Shown here one piece after another: positions 40,692 through 54,221 of a DNA stretch of 64,000 bases. Made by a program: the position numbers and the translations under genes. The DNA is from Eimeria praecox (lineage: Eukaryota): assembly GCA_963920595.1 (NCBI GenBank), contig OY986950.1, forward strand, positions 620,001-684,000. Reading direction: 5' to 3'. Below the pieces are notes generated by a model. The model was not told where the DNA came from and did not search any database. It saw nothing but the letters and a program-made list of their open reading frames with translations. Position 1 is the stretch's first letter. The number at the start of each line of letters is the position of its first letter.

Positions 40692-42769
40692 GGTGTATTG
40701 GGAGCTTCAGAGCTGTGAAAGCTTTTCTTTTGTTGGTGTTAACTACTTAATACGTGAAACGCCAAAGGCGCAGCCGACTAGCCGTCTGGAATGAACAGAA
40801 AACCAGGGCTATTAAATATAGATATAGACGAAGAACACTCAAGAGAAAAACAGCAGAGAGGAGGCTTAGACTCACAACACAATATAACACGGCATTTATA
40901 TCAGCGCAGATATCACCACATTGCACAGCCTTTGCTGCTGCTGCTGCCACTGACATTGTTGGTTCTGTTGCTGTGCTGCAATTGTTGCTGCTACTAGTGT
41001 TGCAGCGTTTGCTGCTGGTGGAGCTTCTGCTTTAGATGCTCTTGCTAGTGGTATTGTTGCTGCTCTTTTTGTTGCTGTTGCCAGTGCGCACGCTTTCGTT
41101 GCTGCTGCTGGCAATGGTGAGAAGCAGCTTGTCAGTGACAGCAGAGTGGATACACTGTAGCTGTATCTAAGCCGTAAGGTTTGTTATTGGCTGGCGTTCT
41201 CGATAAGACGTCAGCTTAGAATTCGGGTGTATGTACATTTCTATTCAATTGTCAAGTTATGCAGAAATCCCCTCAATGTGAATGTGAATACAACACTGCG
41301 GATGAAGGTCATTAGATCTCTGTCCCCCTGCAAGCAGCAGCTTCAAGGGTGTGTTGTGTCTCAGTCTCTCGATTTCAACAAAAAACAGATTAATATTGGC
41401 TTGAATTATGAGCAGTGCTTATCATCAGACATTGAACAAGTGCAGCTCTGTATATACACTGCTTAAGGGGGGAAAGCTGAGACTCGCTTCTGCCAGTCAA
41501 CACTAGTAGCCCCTAACTGCAGCCATCTACAGCAGTACCTAGCTGTCTGCAGCTATTAACAGAGGCATTTGCTCATGTTACGCCTGTCCGCATACGGAAG
41601 GCCTACGATCTTATCTATAAGGTGCAGAGTATTCTGGATCGCGTGTTGGGATTGGGCGTGTCTGCTCCCCAGTGAAATGGCTTCTCTCTCTTCCGTCCTG
41701 TTAGATTTGTGTGGGTTTAACGGAAGCAGCAAACACCAATAATACGTGGGTATCGCGCCAGACTCTCTATAACCCCCTTTCTGGGGGTGATATGTGCGAC
41801 TATGCAGTACGAAATGCTTTCATATATTTACAGAGGAGGATATAGTAAAGAAAGCAATAAAAATGTTAGTACAAATTCATGTTCGCAACATAGACAGACG
41901 AATAGGGGGTACGGCTTCCCGCCTCGAAGATGCAAGACGAGACTGCACGTTGTGACTGGATGGTGACGACGAGTTTCTGTAGTATATTAGGGGAAACACG
42001 CGTCCCATTTAAGTTATATTTGAGGGAGAAATACATCACTTGTGGGGGGGAATATATAATTCTCTTCGATTCTGTTCAATTTTCCGTGTCGAGCAAAGGA
42101 AGAAGACGTACGTACAGCAGCAGCCACGGCTTCGCTGGTTATGGAAGCTGAACACAGAGAGTGGTGGCTTTGACTTTTCGATTGTCGTTCACTATTAGGC
42201 GACCCTCTCCTTCATAATGCATTATATATGAATGCATGCCCTTCTGTTAATCCGGAAATCCTTTCAATTCCCCCTCCAATTATTGAATGAGCCTCCGGAA
42301 GCAACGGAGTCACGGACCTCCAATCTGTCGTGCTGTGGAGCGACTCCGTGAGAAGCGGGCTTTGCAATAAGAGGATTACCTCCTTGTCGCTATTTTATAT
42401 ACAAAACAAGAAGAAGGCTTCTTGTCTGTAGTTCATAGACCCTCTGGGCTCTCCATTTGTGATACTCGTATGTCGGCTTTGGGCTCATCGCAAGGGATTT
42501 TGAGGTCGCCTTCCTCTCGCGAGACACGGCGGGATTTTGACGTATTTTCTTCTCCTTCCTGTTAACAAGCTCCACTCAAGTTATTTGGGGAGTGTAGCCC
42601 AACAGGAAGGCACAGAGTCATCATCATCTTGTCCTCCCGACAATCTCGAACGCACTGCACTGCAACAGGCCCCTTGCTCTTCTTCCGGGATGCCTCCATG
42701 AATTCCCGGTTTTTTGGCGGCTTGACGTTCATTTGACGGGGCTGCGTACCCCTTCTCTGCTTGTCCAAG

Positions 42770-45700
42770 ATGAGGGAGTCAAGTGAAAGGGCTGCAGGTG
42801 TTTTGCGCATGCAAAGAGCCGTAGTGCAGACAGCTTCGGAAGGCGCGGCCATTTGTTATTCAGCTGACTGTTCAGGAATGCATGCAGGCCATAGAAATTT
42901 GAGGGAGCCCGAGGGTCTCCGTGGCCATCGAAGAAGCAGCAGCGGTGGGACCCCGAGAGTATGGTGTGCAGCTGCTGAGACTGCATCAACACGGCTCCGC
43001 CCGTCTCACGCAGCAGCAACAGCAACAACAGCAGTAACAGCACAGAGTGGTTATTATGATTTTCGCCATTTTGTATACCGTAGATTACGCACATCGTTTG
43101 CGCTGGCGGCTGTAGTTCTTGCCTTCGCCGTCTGTCTTCTTGGCCCTCAGGGAGTGCTGAGTGCAGGGGGTACGACTCAGGTGAGGTTATATAACGGCTA
43201 TTTGGGTATCAAGTTTACTTTCTACTGTTTTTCTCGAGTTGTTCAATGTATGGAGAAGGGTTTAATGTATGGGGAAGGCGTTGTGTGCAGTCCCCCTGCT
43301 CGGACCTTTTCTGCCTCCTGCTCTTGTTATTTTCTACCCAAGATTGTTTTGTGAATTTGATTCATTTATCTTCTGCTTTATCATTTATTCATGATGTATA
43401 TCGTTTGTTATATTTTGTGGTGATTGCGCGGTTAATGTATTCTTTGCGCCTCTCGTCTTTCTTTGTGTCTTCTTTGGTTTGGTTTCCTGTTGTTCTGTCA
43501 GTCTGTATCCTCTCATCTCCTATGCTGCAGGGTGGCTGTTATGTGTTGGGATTGTTTGGATGGAATTCTTTGAACTGTTTTCTTTGTTTGTCTGTCCACG
43601 CTTGCATGCATGCAGAGGCTGACGGGAGATTACCAGTCAGGGCCCTGGTTTGATTTTTCGGATGATTTTTTCTCACAAGTACCGACGGGTTCTTTGCCTA
43701 GAGATCTACCCACAAACAACGAAGTGGGAAAGCCTGTGCCTGCTATGAGTAAGGCTTGAGAGCCATTCAGATCAGAATCACTCACTCAAGTGGCGTCATC
43801 AGCTAGCGGGATGATGAGCAGGAACAGTTCTTAGGGAAGAGGAGGAGGAGGACAGATACCTAGAAAGAGAGCAACCCATGTGCCACATGTGAAACCTTTC
43901 TAGAGGGAGACACAAGTAGCAGAGTTAACGGACCTTGTTGGGGTCCGTATATGTATATAGATAGATAGATAGATAGAGATAGAGATAGATATATATAGAT
44001 ATAGATTTGTAGATAATCTAGACACATAGCTATGGATATATCGATGTCGGTTAACGCAGTGACAGTTTATTTTATGCATTCATAGTTTCTAGCATGTTCA
44101 GTAATGACCATACTTAATCGAGCGATAGAAGACGATGGAGGTGTTTTGTGTTCATTGCAGCTGCTCCGCACGAGCTGAGTGCAACTCTGGCGATATTGTA
44201 TTCTTCCTACTGCCGAAGGCTTAAGACGGATCAGGTATGGCGTCGGCAGTTCCTGGTTTTGTTCCTGAGTGCCTTATATTGGCCTATGTACACCCGAAGT
44301 AAACACTGGAAGCCTCCTTTGACTTCGAATTTCTTTAAAGTTGTTCTCGCCAAGTCCGTCGCGCTCAGCGAATTAGATGACGCGAGTCAAAAGATTGCAA
44401 GATTTGTCAAAAGGGCAAAGGAGTGTGGGTTTCAGGGAATCATCGAAGAGGATGTAAGCACAATGCCGCATTGGGTTCTGGATTGGGTGATGGGTGAGGT
44501 GAAGGGTGTTTATTGTCTTGGTGTATTCGAAGAGGGAGCTGTTTGCTTGTGGCTGTGTTGGCGCGCACCCCTTTCCTTGCATGTACTTCTGCTTTAATTG
44601 CCTGCATGGAATTGGTTGAACAGTGGACCCAGGATGCTCTCTTTGTTGCTCTTTTATCGTTTCCTGGGCTTCGTTGTTGTAGACGCAAGCATGCCTGAGG
44701 CTACCTATCTTGCCTGTCGTCAGACGAAGAATGCCACACTTCCCGATTCCATAGCATGCGTGTGACGTGATGACCGTTGCTTCCCTTGCAATAAGAAGAT
44801 AGCGGGACTCTCTAAGCTTGTTATATGGTGCCCTTTATGTGCCTTCCGTCTTTTCAGCTGCCTCGGTTGGTTGAGGTGACGGATTATGAATCTTTCAACG
44901 CGTTTGTCAAGAAAGAGAAGAAAGCGGATCCCCACTTGGCAGAAATGCTGAAGTTCATTCCGGACCTTAAGTGGAGTTTGGATGAGAGCATGACTACAAT
45001 TGGTTACGTCTACCATCAGGTCTCCGAGCTGCAAGTGCTCTATTCCTATTCGAACAGTAAGTTAAGTAGGGACTGATGGTTTCTAATGCTTGCCAGCTTC
45101 AGTGAAAGAGTGTTTGATATAGGGCTTTCCGCGTGTCTCTTTTTGCCAGTGCAAACACAAGCTGGGTTATTCATGTCGGAGCATTCGTAGCAGAGCTTTC
45201 TACGTTTGCATGCACATGCGCACATTGTTGTAACTCTAGTCTTGCGTCCTGCTGCTGTGGACGTGAGGGGAGCGCGGTGCTTAGATAATTCAGCAGAATG
45301 CCTTGTTTGTGCGCTTGTAGCGCGTCACGCTACCTCCTGTGGTATTGCGCGGGTTCTGTCTGCAGTTTTGTCGATACCAAACTGGATGAGTATATGGGAA
45401 AGAAGTTTCCGGCAGGAACAAAGATCTGCGACAACTTCGGTGATGCTTCTTGCGTTGACGAACACGCAAGTAACAGACCGGCCGATGGGGGGGATATTGA
45501 TATTGAAGTTGAGTCGGTTGGTGGTGGAGGATCTGCTGGTTCAGCTGCGCGACAAGAGCGAGGATGACCCCACTCTGCAAGAACAGCTAGATAAGTTCGA
45601 GCTGGCGCTGAAGAAGTCTATTCTTGAAAGCGTGCGGCAAGTCCTGATTCGCATGGCTCTCTTAATTGAATCAAGCTGGCTTTGCTCCGAAGAGGTGCTT

Positions 45701-47249
45701 CAGGCGCAGTTCCCAGATGTGCTCGTTACGGCTTACCGCGCGAGAGGTAGCGGAGGTCCAACGGCGGTTGTGGAGAGGGGAGAATTTGGAAGTGAAGTTT
45801 CTGAAGGAGTTGTCGCAGTCCTCAATCAAAACCTGAACGCAAATGAAATGTATGTGCAGCTCAGTGTGGCGGATCCAATCACGGCACAGAAGTCGGACAC
45901 AACGTTCATCTCCGCGTTGAAAGCTGCCAGCATGTTTAAACAGAGACTGGAGGATGACCCTTCTCTACCGGGTGTGGGTTTGGCAGAAGTTGTATATTCG
46001 ACCTTTAATGATCTCCAGTATGCAGAGATAGCTGTTGGGGGTAATTCAAGATACGATCCAGACCTCCATTTGTTGCTCCAGGTGCCTTCGGAGCACTTCA
46101 AAGATGCCGCTTCATTTCACGATTTGTTTATGGGGGCTATTCTTGTCCAACCGCTTACGTATGCCACACCTCGGCACGTGCGCATGGATAGGGTCCGGGT
46201 GATGGGCTACGCAATGAAGGTTGGTTCCGCGAAACCGATTCGTATGGGCAAGTTCGGTAGCGGTTTATCATACAACGAGCAAGCCCTGATTGATCAGCTG
46301 ATACAACGGCACGGATTTATTGTGCACATTCTTATTCTTGGCCTCCGCAACGACATTGGGAGAAGAGAGTCCGAGGCTACAGCAGAGGAAATATATAAAC
46401 GGTTCAGAAGCAGAACTCGAGGCACAATCAACGTTGTTTTCCTTGAACCAGTTAAACCGCCGGAAGTGAGAGTTGCACTGAGGGGTGGCGACCGCATTTA
46501 TCTGCATGGGCGGGATGGAGGGTGTTCTGGGTGGCTTGGTAGACAGTGCTTAACTTGAAGAGAATTTAGCTCAGGGATCTTGTTGCGGTGGTCTTCACCT
46601 TCTTCGTTTCCCGCTGCATGCACCGTTCGAATGTTCTTCGTTGATTTATTCATACATGTTTGCGCATTTATTAGCCATTGACACAGTGTTACATCCAGCT
46701 TTTTTATGTTATTGCCTTCAGGTGTCCGTATCGGCCGACTATATCCAGCGAGAGGAGGGGTATCCCGGTTGGGTGATAGGTGTTGCCGTTGGAGCGGTAA
46801 CGTTATTCTTTTTAGGTTTATTGGGATGTTTAGTGCTGCGGAAGCACGTGAGCATGCCTTGGTGGATAGACTGCTTCTGCAGCCCGTCTCCCCCCACATT
46901 CCAGTCGAAGCAAGAGATGGCCAATGGTCCTCCGGGGGACTTTAGCAGGTCTTCGTCATTCCGGCCTTCGGTTGAGACGGGTGATAGCCCGTACTTCGAG
47001 TCGGAGGAGTTAAAGCCGACAAAGCGCATGGGTGCCCCTGTTCGAGGGGCTCCAACAGATGTGAATATCGGATGGGACACGGCGAATCTTTCAACGCTAG
47101 AATTGGCGCGTTCAAAACGCATGGAGTCGAAGCGACAAGGGAAGGCACAGGCGGCGCATCTGAACTCTATCCCGGAGTTCATTGCCGAAGCTAAAATGCC
47201 AAATGGATGGGTTGGTCAGGCCTCTGGCAAGCCGCCGCACGACCGATAA
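42770..47249 (+). CDS. Uncharacterised type I membrane protein (~887 aa from the first ATG)
   Basis: Exons 42770-43180, 43616-43748, 44161-44453, 44858-45056, 45366-46465, 46722-47249 (2664 nt, phase-consistent GT-AG). It has a hydrophobic segment FALAAVVLAFAVCLLGPQGVLSA in exon 1, a TM segment WVIGVAVGAVTLFFLGLLGCLVL in the last exon, and then a cytoplasmic tail. The start codon is uncertain (42770, 42809 or 42878). Confidence 0.75.
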
Positions 47250-48737
47250 TCCCGCCTGGACCGTTTGCGTAGCTACCATTACGCGAGCATGGGTGTTTAG
47301 GCAGTCCGACGTAAAAGTGGACGCATGCAGACGCACGAACTGGAGCGAAAGGCATATTGGCTGGGCGGAGGGGAGGCAGCAGTGTTGCTGGGAGCGTGAG
47401 TAATGTAGTGTGCGATACCCCCGTGGCTTGAAGGCCTTCCGAGTTCGGAGCGTGACTTGTGAACAGCGGTTTTTTCAACTTTGTACGAATCATTGCGTCC
47501 TCATGTGCGTCACTCCTTGCAAAGGCTCGTGCGATTAGCTAGTGCGCACACCTTCGAAAAGGCTTGCAGATAGAGGCAGTTATCCACTGCAATTTTGGAA
47601 TGTAGCTGTTCTGAGGATACTGGTGCCTTTGTCAGTGTCGCTGTTTTTCTTTCTTCCGGATGAGATCTGCTGCTCTGTGTGTACTTCCTCGTAGTAGCTC
47701 CTCGGGCTGTTATCGTGACGTGGACTACGATATCGGAGCCCTCGGCATTTTCAAAGGTGCAGCCGAGCAGTTGGGTGCCTGCAGTTGGGTGCCTGCGCAT
47801 GAGGGGCAGTGTCGAGGCTTGGATACGTAAAAGTGGTACTTCCTGGCGTGTACCATTTGGCGTCATCCATAGCCTCCCACTGTAGTTACCCTTTGGCTTA
47901 ACAATCAGTTTAAAACTCTGCATTGCAGGTTTCACATGAGAAACCAAACCGGATATTTCCTCGGAGGCCGGCCTGTCAGGTCCGAACTCCTTTTAGGTTG
48001 TCTCCGTTTACAGTATCAGAAACTTCATGGCACGTAGCTGTGCCTTTGGTGTTAGCTGGCCATTTTTGCATTCACTCCAGGTGGGCATGCATATACTCTA
48101 AGCATTAAGCTCGTCGTTCCAAACGCTACGCTCGCGTAGAAGGCTTTATGCTTTATGCTGGCTGTTGCGCTCGTCTGCACCCTTAAAGGGAGTGGAAGAA
48201 ATGCAGCGGAACCCACAGGTAGTTCTCTGCCAACTGTACATAGTCCGCCACAAAAACAAAGGCAGAGCCTCAGCAGGAGTAAGCAGAAGCAAAAGAGATC
48301 AAATGATAGGAAAAGCGCACTGCGAATGCACCGTATATTGCGGATGCGCCACGCATTGAGAGACCCTCTCATGCACGTACAGCTGCATGCTCCCGGTGTA
48401 CACTTCTGCATTTAAAACGATTGAGCACGCGTAGGCGTACTTGCCCCACATGATTATCGAGTCCTTAAGGTTAGATGCTCGAACAAGGTGAATCATGTTG
48501 TTTGCGAGAGGCAAGGACTCGCTGGCGCCATGTAGTGTTATTGCGGTAGACGGCACTCTGTAGGGAAACCCGCAAGTTGACATCATAAGGGAATATTGTG
48601 GGGCATCAATTGACACCTCCGCAGTATTAGCTGTTTCTTTGGGGTTTCCACTGGGCTGGAGCACAGTCAGCAATCTTAGGTGCGTGCATGTGCCTACACA
48701 CCCAGATGCACAAGAAACAGCATTTACTGATTATCTG

Positions 48738-51504
48738 CTAACACAATAGCTGGAAACCCACCAGGGCCGCAACTTCAACAAGCCCTCCAAGCGCTCGCAC
48801 CGCGATATCTGCAGCTTTCTCTGCCGTGCCCACCAGCTTATCGCATAGGCCTTTGCCCTTGGAAGCGCCTAATTCAGAGTCCTCCGAGCTTTCGGCAGTG
48901 AAGGCGCCGTCACCAAGGTCAGGCTGCTCCCTCACCTCGTGGCCGCTTGAGCCTCCCAAGGACAAGGGCTGACTGCGCAGTAGCACAAAGCACGAAAGAC
49001 GCCTACCCATCAATATCGGTCAATATCGGTGGATGCTTCGACGCCGCCGGGCTTGCCCCAATACACAAATGAACCACTTTGGGACCCCGTTTCAAAATTC
49101 CAAGTTAGTGGTTTGGCTGCATGTGGCCCTGCTCATTTATCGACTGATGCTAAAATGTACAAAAAGACCCATTCGCTGTTTCGTGTACATGGCTGTGCAC
49201 AAACTCATATGTGCATGCATATGGGTTTATCACCTGCGTTCAGCAGCGCTGATGGCGTTATTGCAGGACTCAACGATCGCTTCTAGCCGGCGAAGCTCGA
49301 GGGACCGGTTCTGAATTAAGGAAACCATACAGGTTGAAGCGCAGGCTGCGCCGGACAGTGAATTTGACAAGGCACAGCAGTAGCCGTTGTGGGTTTTGCT
49401 GCTGTTGTTCTAGCATTCCATTTGGTGCATCTGTATAAGTAAGAAGCTCTTCTTGACGTTCACAAACAGCCTAATGCCGCGGGACAATGGCGTACCCGGT
49501 GAAGGCTTTGGCCCGCAATAAGCTGTGGCCACGAAGCTCTACACATCCCATCCAGCAGTCTTGCGCTGATAGAGTTGGCACACCAGTGGACACGCAGCGG
49601 ATAGTATCTGCAGCAACAAAAGAAAAGCCCAAAATTTGCAACGTGCCCACGAATATTTGAACAGTGTGTGCGCTTTGCAACAATGAATGGAAACGTAGAA
49701 GACACAAACTAATTACCCGAAAATGTGCATACTGCATATACGATTTAGAGATACGTCTCAAACTAGGTGAATATCTGTGCTGTATGTTCTCTCGAAATTA
49801 GTTCACTTCTTAGGTTTGTCGGCAACTCTTCCTCTACTTTTGTGTTTCTGTTGTTGTTAGCCTGGTAGTGCCATATATGCTTGAGGAGTGAAGCAATATC
49901 TGTCTGACTTGTCACTGCAGGAGATACGGCAGTGACACTCATAGCTGCCTGTGAGCAAATGTTCTCACTGTTTCCACTGGGCTCCAAAATCGTTCACTTT
50001 TTCAGCAGGTAACAACTGCGATGAAGCCGCCTCCGCATCTCCCTCATCTTCCCTCTTTGCCTCTCCAGGCATAAAAGTTCTGAACCCCCCCAACTGAAAA
50101 TAGCAGCCATAAAGAAACAAATTCGAGGCCTCTTCAAACTAGTGGAATACAAGGCGCGACGCCATGCATAAAGAACTGGGCTAAGAACTGGACTCCGCGA
50201 TGCGGCTCCCTTCGTTATTCGTCCGGACTGTTTTCGATCCTTTCTCCTGAGTTTATGGGTGCACTCTTGATTGATGGCAACGTGAAACAATAAAGAAAAA
50301 TACACAGAGCTCGCCAATTGGCAGGTACAAGAACGCGTTACGCAATAAGCAGTAAAAGATTGCCATACAGAGCAGACGTAAGGCAGCAAGGATACAGAAA
50401 CACAAACAGCAGACGACAGAAGGACGGCAATCAACCGCAACTGGCCAAGCAGAGGATGAAAAGTCGGGAAAGCAAGGCAACTTGATATATCAATGATGCA
50501 TGTGGATGCAAACTTAGCCAATTGAGTTCAAAGGCCCCTCTGGGAAAGCCATTAATGCAACAGCAAGGGAATAAGGAGGTACAAATAGGCCCATGCCCGA
50601 GGAACACGAGAAAGCACCCTGCCTCGCTGCCGTTCCAAATTTTGTTTGGAGTGTATAATAGTGAAAATTAAGCACCTCGATGGATCTGTTGCTTATTGTC
50701 CGGATTGGATCTACCTGCGCGCACACCCGAATAATCCACCTTTTGATCGTTTGCATTTTTTGCTTCACTGCAAACAACCGCTGAAGCCAATGCACTCGTC
50801 CAGTTTTCTGTATCCAGTACCGTGTCTTGAGGTGCCTCCACAACACTTAATCTGATGTCTTAATGAGGAGGGATGAGTGCTCTTTGGCTCACAACAATTG
50901 CAAGGAAAGGGTCCTGGTGCTGCTGTTGAAGCTGCTGCGTGCGGACATCAATCCCTGAGAGCCAGCATCCATAGTTAGGATGAGAATGATACCATCCCAC
51001 TACCTTCTGCTGCATGGGTACCTTCTCTGCCGCCTCTAGATACTGAATCATGAATTCATTTGCCTCTTCTGCAGCATTAACCCGAGTTTCTGTGCCCTCC
51101 ACGGGCAGAGCGATGCAGTCCGTCACAACGAAGTACCCCCTTTGAGCCTCTTGCTGTCCTTCTGCTTCCCTGTCTATCTCAGAAAGAGAAGACACACTTT
51201 CGAAATGTGTGGAGACGGTTGCTTCACCGACTGGCACAGGAAGGGGTGTCACCACAGCTTTGCCGAGTAAGAGCCCCATGACTTCTATTTTACCCCCGCT
51301 TTCTGCATGGGCCATCATCTTCGTCAGCGCCAGGTCTGAGACCCAGACGTCAGTAAACACCACAGGGCTCTGGACTCTGCAGCATTGCGGATTGAGGCGC
51401 AGCCTTTGGTGATGCTGTTGCAGGGAATGCAGCAAGTGGCTGTGCGCCTCCTCGTCGAAGGTATACAACGCGTTGTCAACAGGAGAAATTGACAGGCAAT
51501 CCAT
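48738..51504 (-). CDS. CSN5: COP9 signalosome subunit 5 (JAMM/MPN+ deneddylase), ~399 aa
   Basis: Exons 51504-50893, 50714-50676, 50093-49969, 49607-49496, 49310-49234, 48972-48738 (1200 nt). Motifs: [28 protein letters not shown]5-type [68 protein letters not shown]. Confidence 0.93.
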
Positions 51505-53285
51505 TTTGGCTACACTGGGGCAGTCAATGAATGGTTCGAGTTCGGGTGGCGGATCGAGAGACGACAGCGGGTTCACGGGGCAGTCATTGATGATAACAAA
51601 CACTATTAACAGATCTTTTACGTGAAATAGCACATTCTATGTGCTCTTTGTAGAGCAACACTAATGCCCATACTGCGTTCCCACCCTCACTCACAGTACA
51701 GCACGCGCCAGCGAGCATACACATGAACGCCGCCAGCGTCAGCAGGAGCCCGCGAGAGAGAAGGAGAGGAAAGACTGCTGGCTAGAAGACGAATCAAAGG
51801 GAAGTTGCACTGGCAGGCTTGTAAAGTTAAGTCTAGGGGAGAAAACGGTGTTCCACCCTGTCTTTGGGTGCTGTTCGGCAGCGAGTAAAAGTAAGGTGAT
51901 GATCAGCAAAGAAGTGAAGAATCTCATAGTAGAGAGGTTTCAGTATTTTCTTGCATTTTGAAACTAATTATTTCAACTTGATGGGGAAAATGGGACGAAT
52001 GCAGTGTAAGCGCAGACCGTGGCTGTGGTTGCCAACAAGAAGGCGAACTCACGAAAACCCTCGGGTTATAATCAACAAAGCAGGAATCGAGTTTAGAAAA
52101 AAACAAAATTATGTGTGCGTTTAGTCTCACTCTAACACTTTTTGTTTGCATTTCAAACATTACACCTCTGTCCATCATGAATATGCCGTCGCCTTAATGA
52201 AGCTTTGTGAGTCCAGTAATTAATTCTTACGAAAGAAGGTTCTCTTCTTGTACAAGCAGTGCTAACACCATGCAACCATCCGTTGCTGTTGGGTGTAATG
52301 AGAACCCCGCGCTAGGACCTTAGTGGGCTACAATACGGTCACAGTGCCAACAAGGTATTGGCTTCCTGTGTTTAGGAATGCTGCTAGCAACAACACAGCA
52401 CCCCTTTGATGCTGGGAAGAGGTGATACCGGCCTGAGTTGCGGCACTCCCGTTCTCACCTCGTACAACCCAGATGCTCCGAATGCAGACATTCCGAAGCC
52501 CCCCATTGCAACCATCAAAATCGTATTCATTTATGTGCCCACCATGGATCCTTACACAGAAAATACCTGCCTACCTAACTACCTAAGGCAGGCCCTGCTT
52601 GCCCAATATGGATCCCTATACAGATAATACCTTCCTACCTAACTACCTAAGGCAGACCCTGCTACGCGATCGTCCCCCTCAAAGGCAAGTTGCCTCCCCA
52701 ACCAAGACACAGTTCTGCCTAATGCTAGCAAGCCTATCCTATACTGGTTAAGCAAGCACGCCCGCCTTCCTTCCTCACCCACCGTCACCACTGTCTGTAA
52801 CAGCTTCATACATCACTCCTAATGCCCTTTTCAATGAGATATGCCCCTCTATGAACTACCGAAATATTGTCAGCTACCAAACGTGAGCCTGTTGGTTTAT
52901 TAACTCGTCTGCCTCCGCCTCTAGCTGTAGTTACCTAGGCCCATCATAGCTGTTGTCCTCCGTTTCTACACGGGGGGCTCGTGATGCCTGCAATGCCAAC
53001 TATCCTGTCCTAGCTCCCTCATGGCTAGCAGCAGCCGCCAATATTACTGCAGGCTGTCCTGTCTCCTCCAGGGGCATCTTTTTGAAGAAGGTTTTATTGC
53101 TGTCACTCCACAAAAGCAACTGTCACTCCAAAAGAAGCCGCATTTCACGTCGACGAGGTCTCCGTGCAGCGCTAACCGCAAGCTATACCCGCGATACGCG
53201 CCACAGCGGGGGCCCCGTCCTAGGAGGCCCCTCCCATTAGCACCTGCTCTGCGCTACCTACAGGGCCCGCAACTAAAAAAGCTGT

Positions 53286-54221
53286 TCAGTTGCGGTTGCC
53301 TCCCATATTTCCGCCGTGGCCGTGCATCCGGGCACGTGGGTTTGCCCTGATCCTGCGGTTCTCCCGCGAGCGGACACGAACGACACTGGAGTGAAGGGCG
53401 CAGGAGACGCAGTAAGAGTGCTTGATGTACAACTTGGGAAGGTTGTATGCTGTACACGCACGCACGCACACACACGCACACACACGCACACACACACACA
53501 CGTCAGCAGAAAAATAGGTGGCCGAAATGACGCAAACCAGTGGCATTGGTACCTCAAACCTCTTGCTACAAACGCACTCAAAGCACGCACAGGGATGAAC
53601 AAGAATCCACACATATCGAGCATTAAAAATACCTGATGAAGGTATCTGCTTTCGTGCAACTGACATGCGGAAAAGCAACACTAAAGACAAAATGCAGTAG
53701 TGTTCTTAACTGCTTGGTAGAATCGAAGCCATCGGGGAAAACAAAAAAACACCAGTAGCGAAACGCAGCTCAGATCACCCAAAATATGCACATTAACGAT
53801 CACACAAGCTGAGAGGATACGAGGCAATGTGAGTAAAGCAGCACATGGCATCAAAAGAGCGTAACGCTGCTATGCCTGCACCAGAGACAGACGCGCACGC
53901 CGGCCGAGTTAGGAAGGAGCTTCGGTATAGAATAATTAGAAATGAAGCATCAATTTTCACTAAATAAAGATAGCGAAGGACAATATGATATCATTGCTTA
54001 TAGTGGTGTGGGGGCTGCGTCGAACTCGTGGCGTCCCTACTATGGTATGCGGAAGCCTCCCTCAGATCTCTCAGGGAAGAAGCATCGACGATATTGCGGA
54101 CGTTAAAACGTTTAATGGCCTTGTCCTTTGGGCATGAGCGGCCGCAGTTGCTGCACCTGACGGGATTAACATGGCCCCTGCCGTGTTTGGCGCGGCCGGC
54201 GTTCCTACGCTTCGTTGGCAT
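53286..54221 (-). CDS. RPS26: 40S ribosomal protein S26 (eS26), 114 aa
   Basis: Exons 54221-54041 and 53449-53286. Sequence [46 protein letters not shown]...[32 protein letters not shown]. Confidence 0.98.

Noticed and set aside
48738..51504. Proteasome lid subunit RPN11
   Set aside because: [12 protein letters not shown] and [10 protein letters not shown] are CSN5-type, not RPN11-type.
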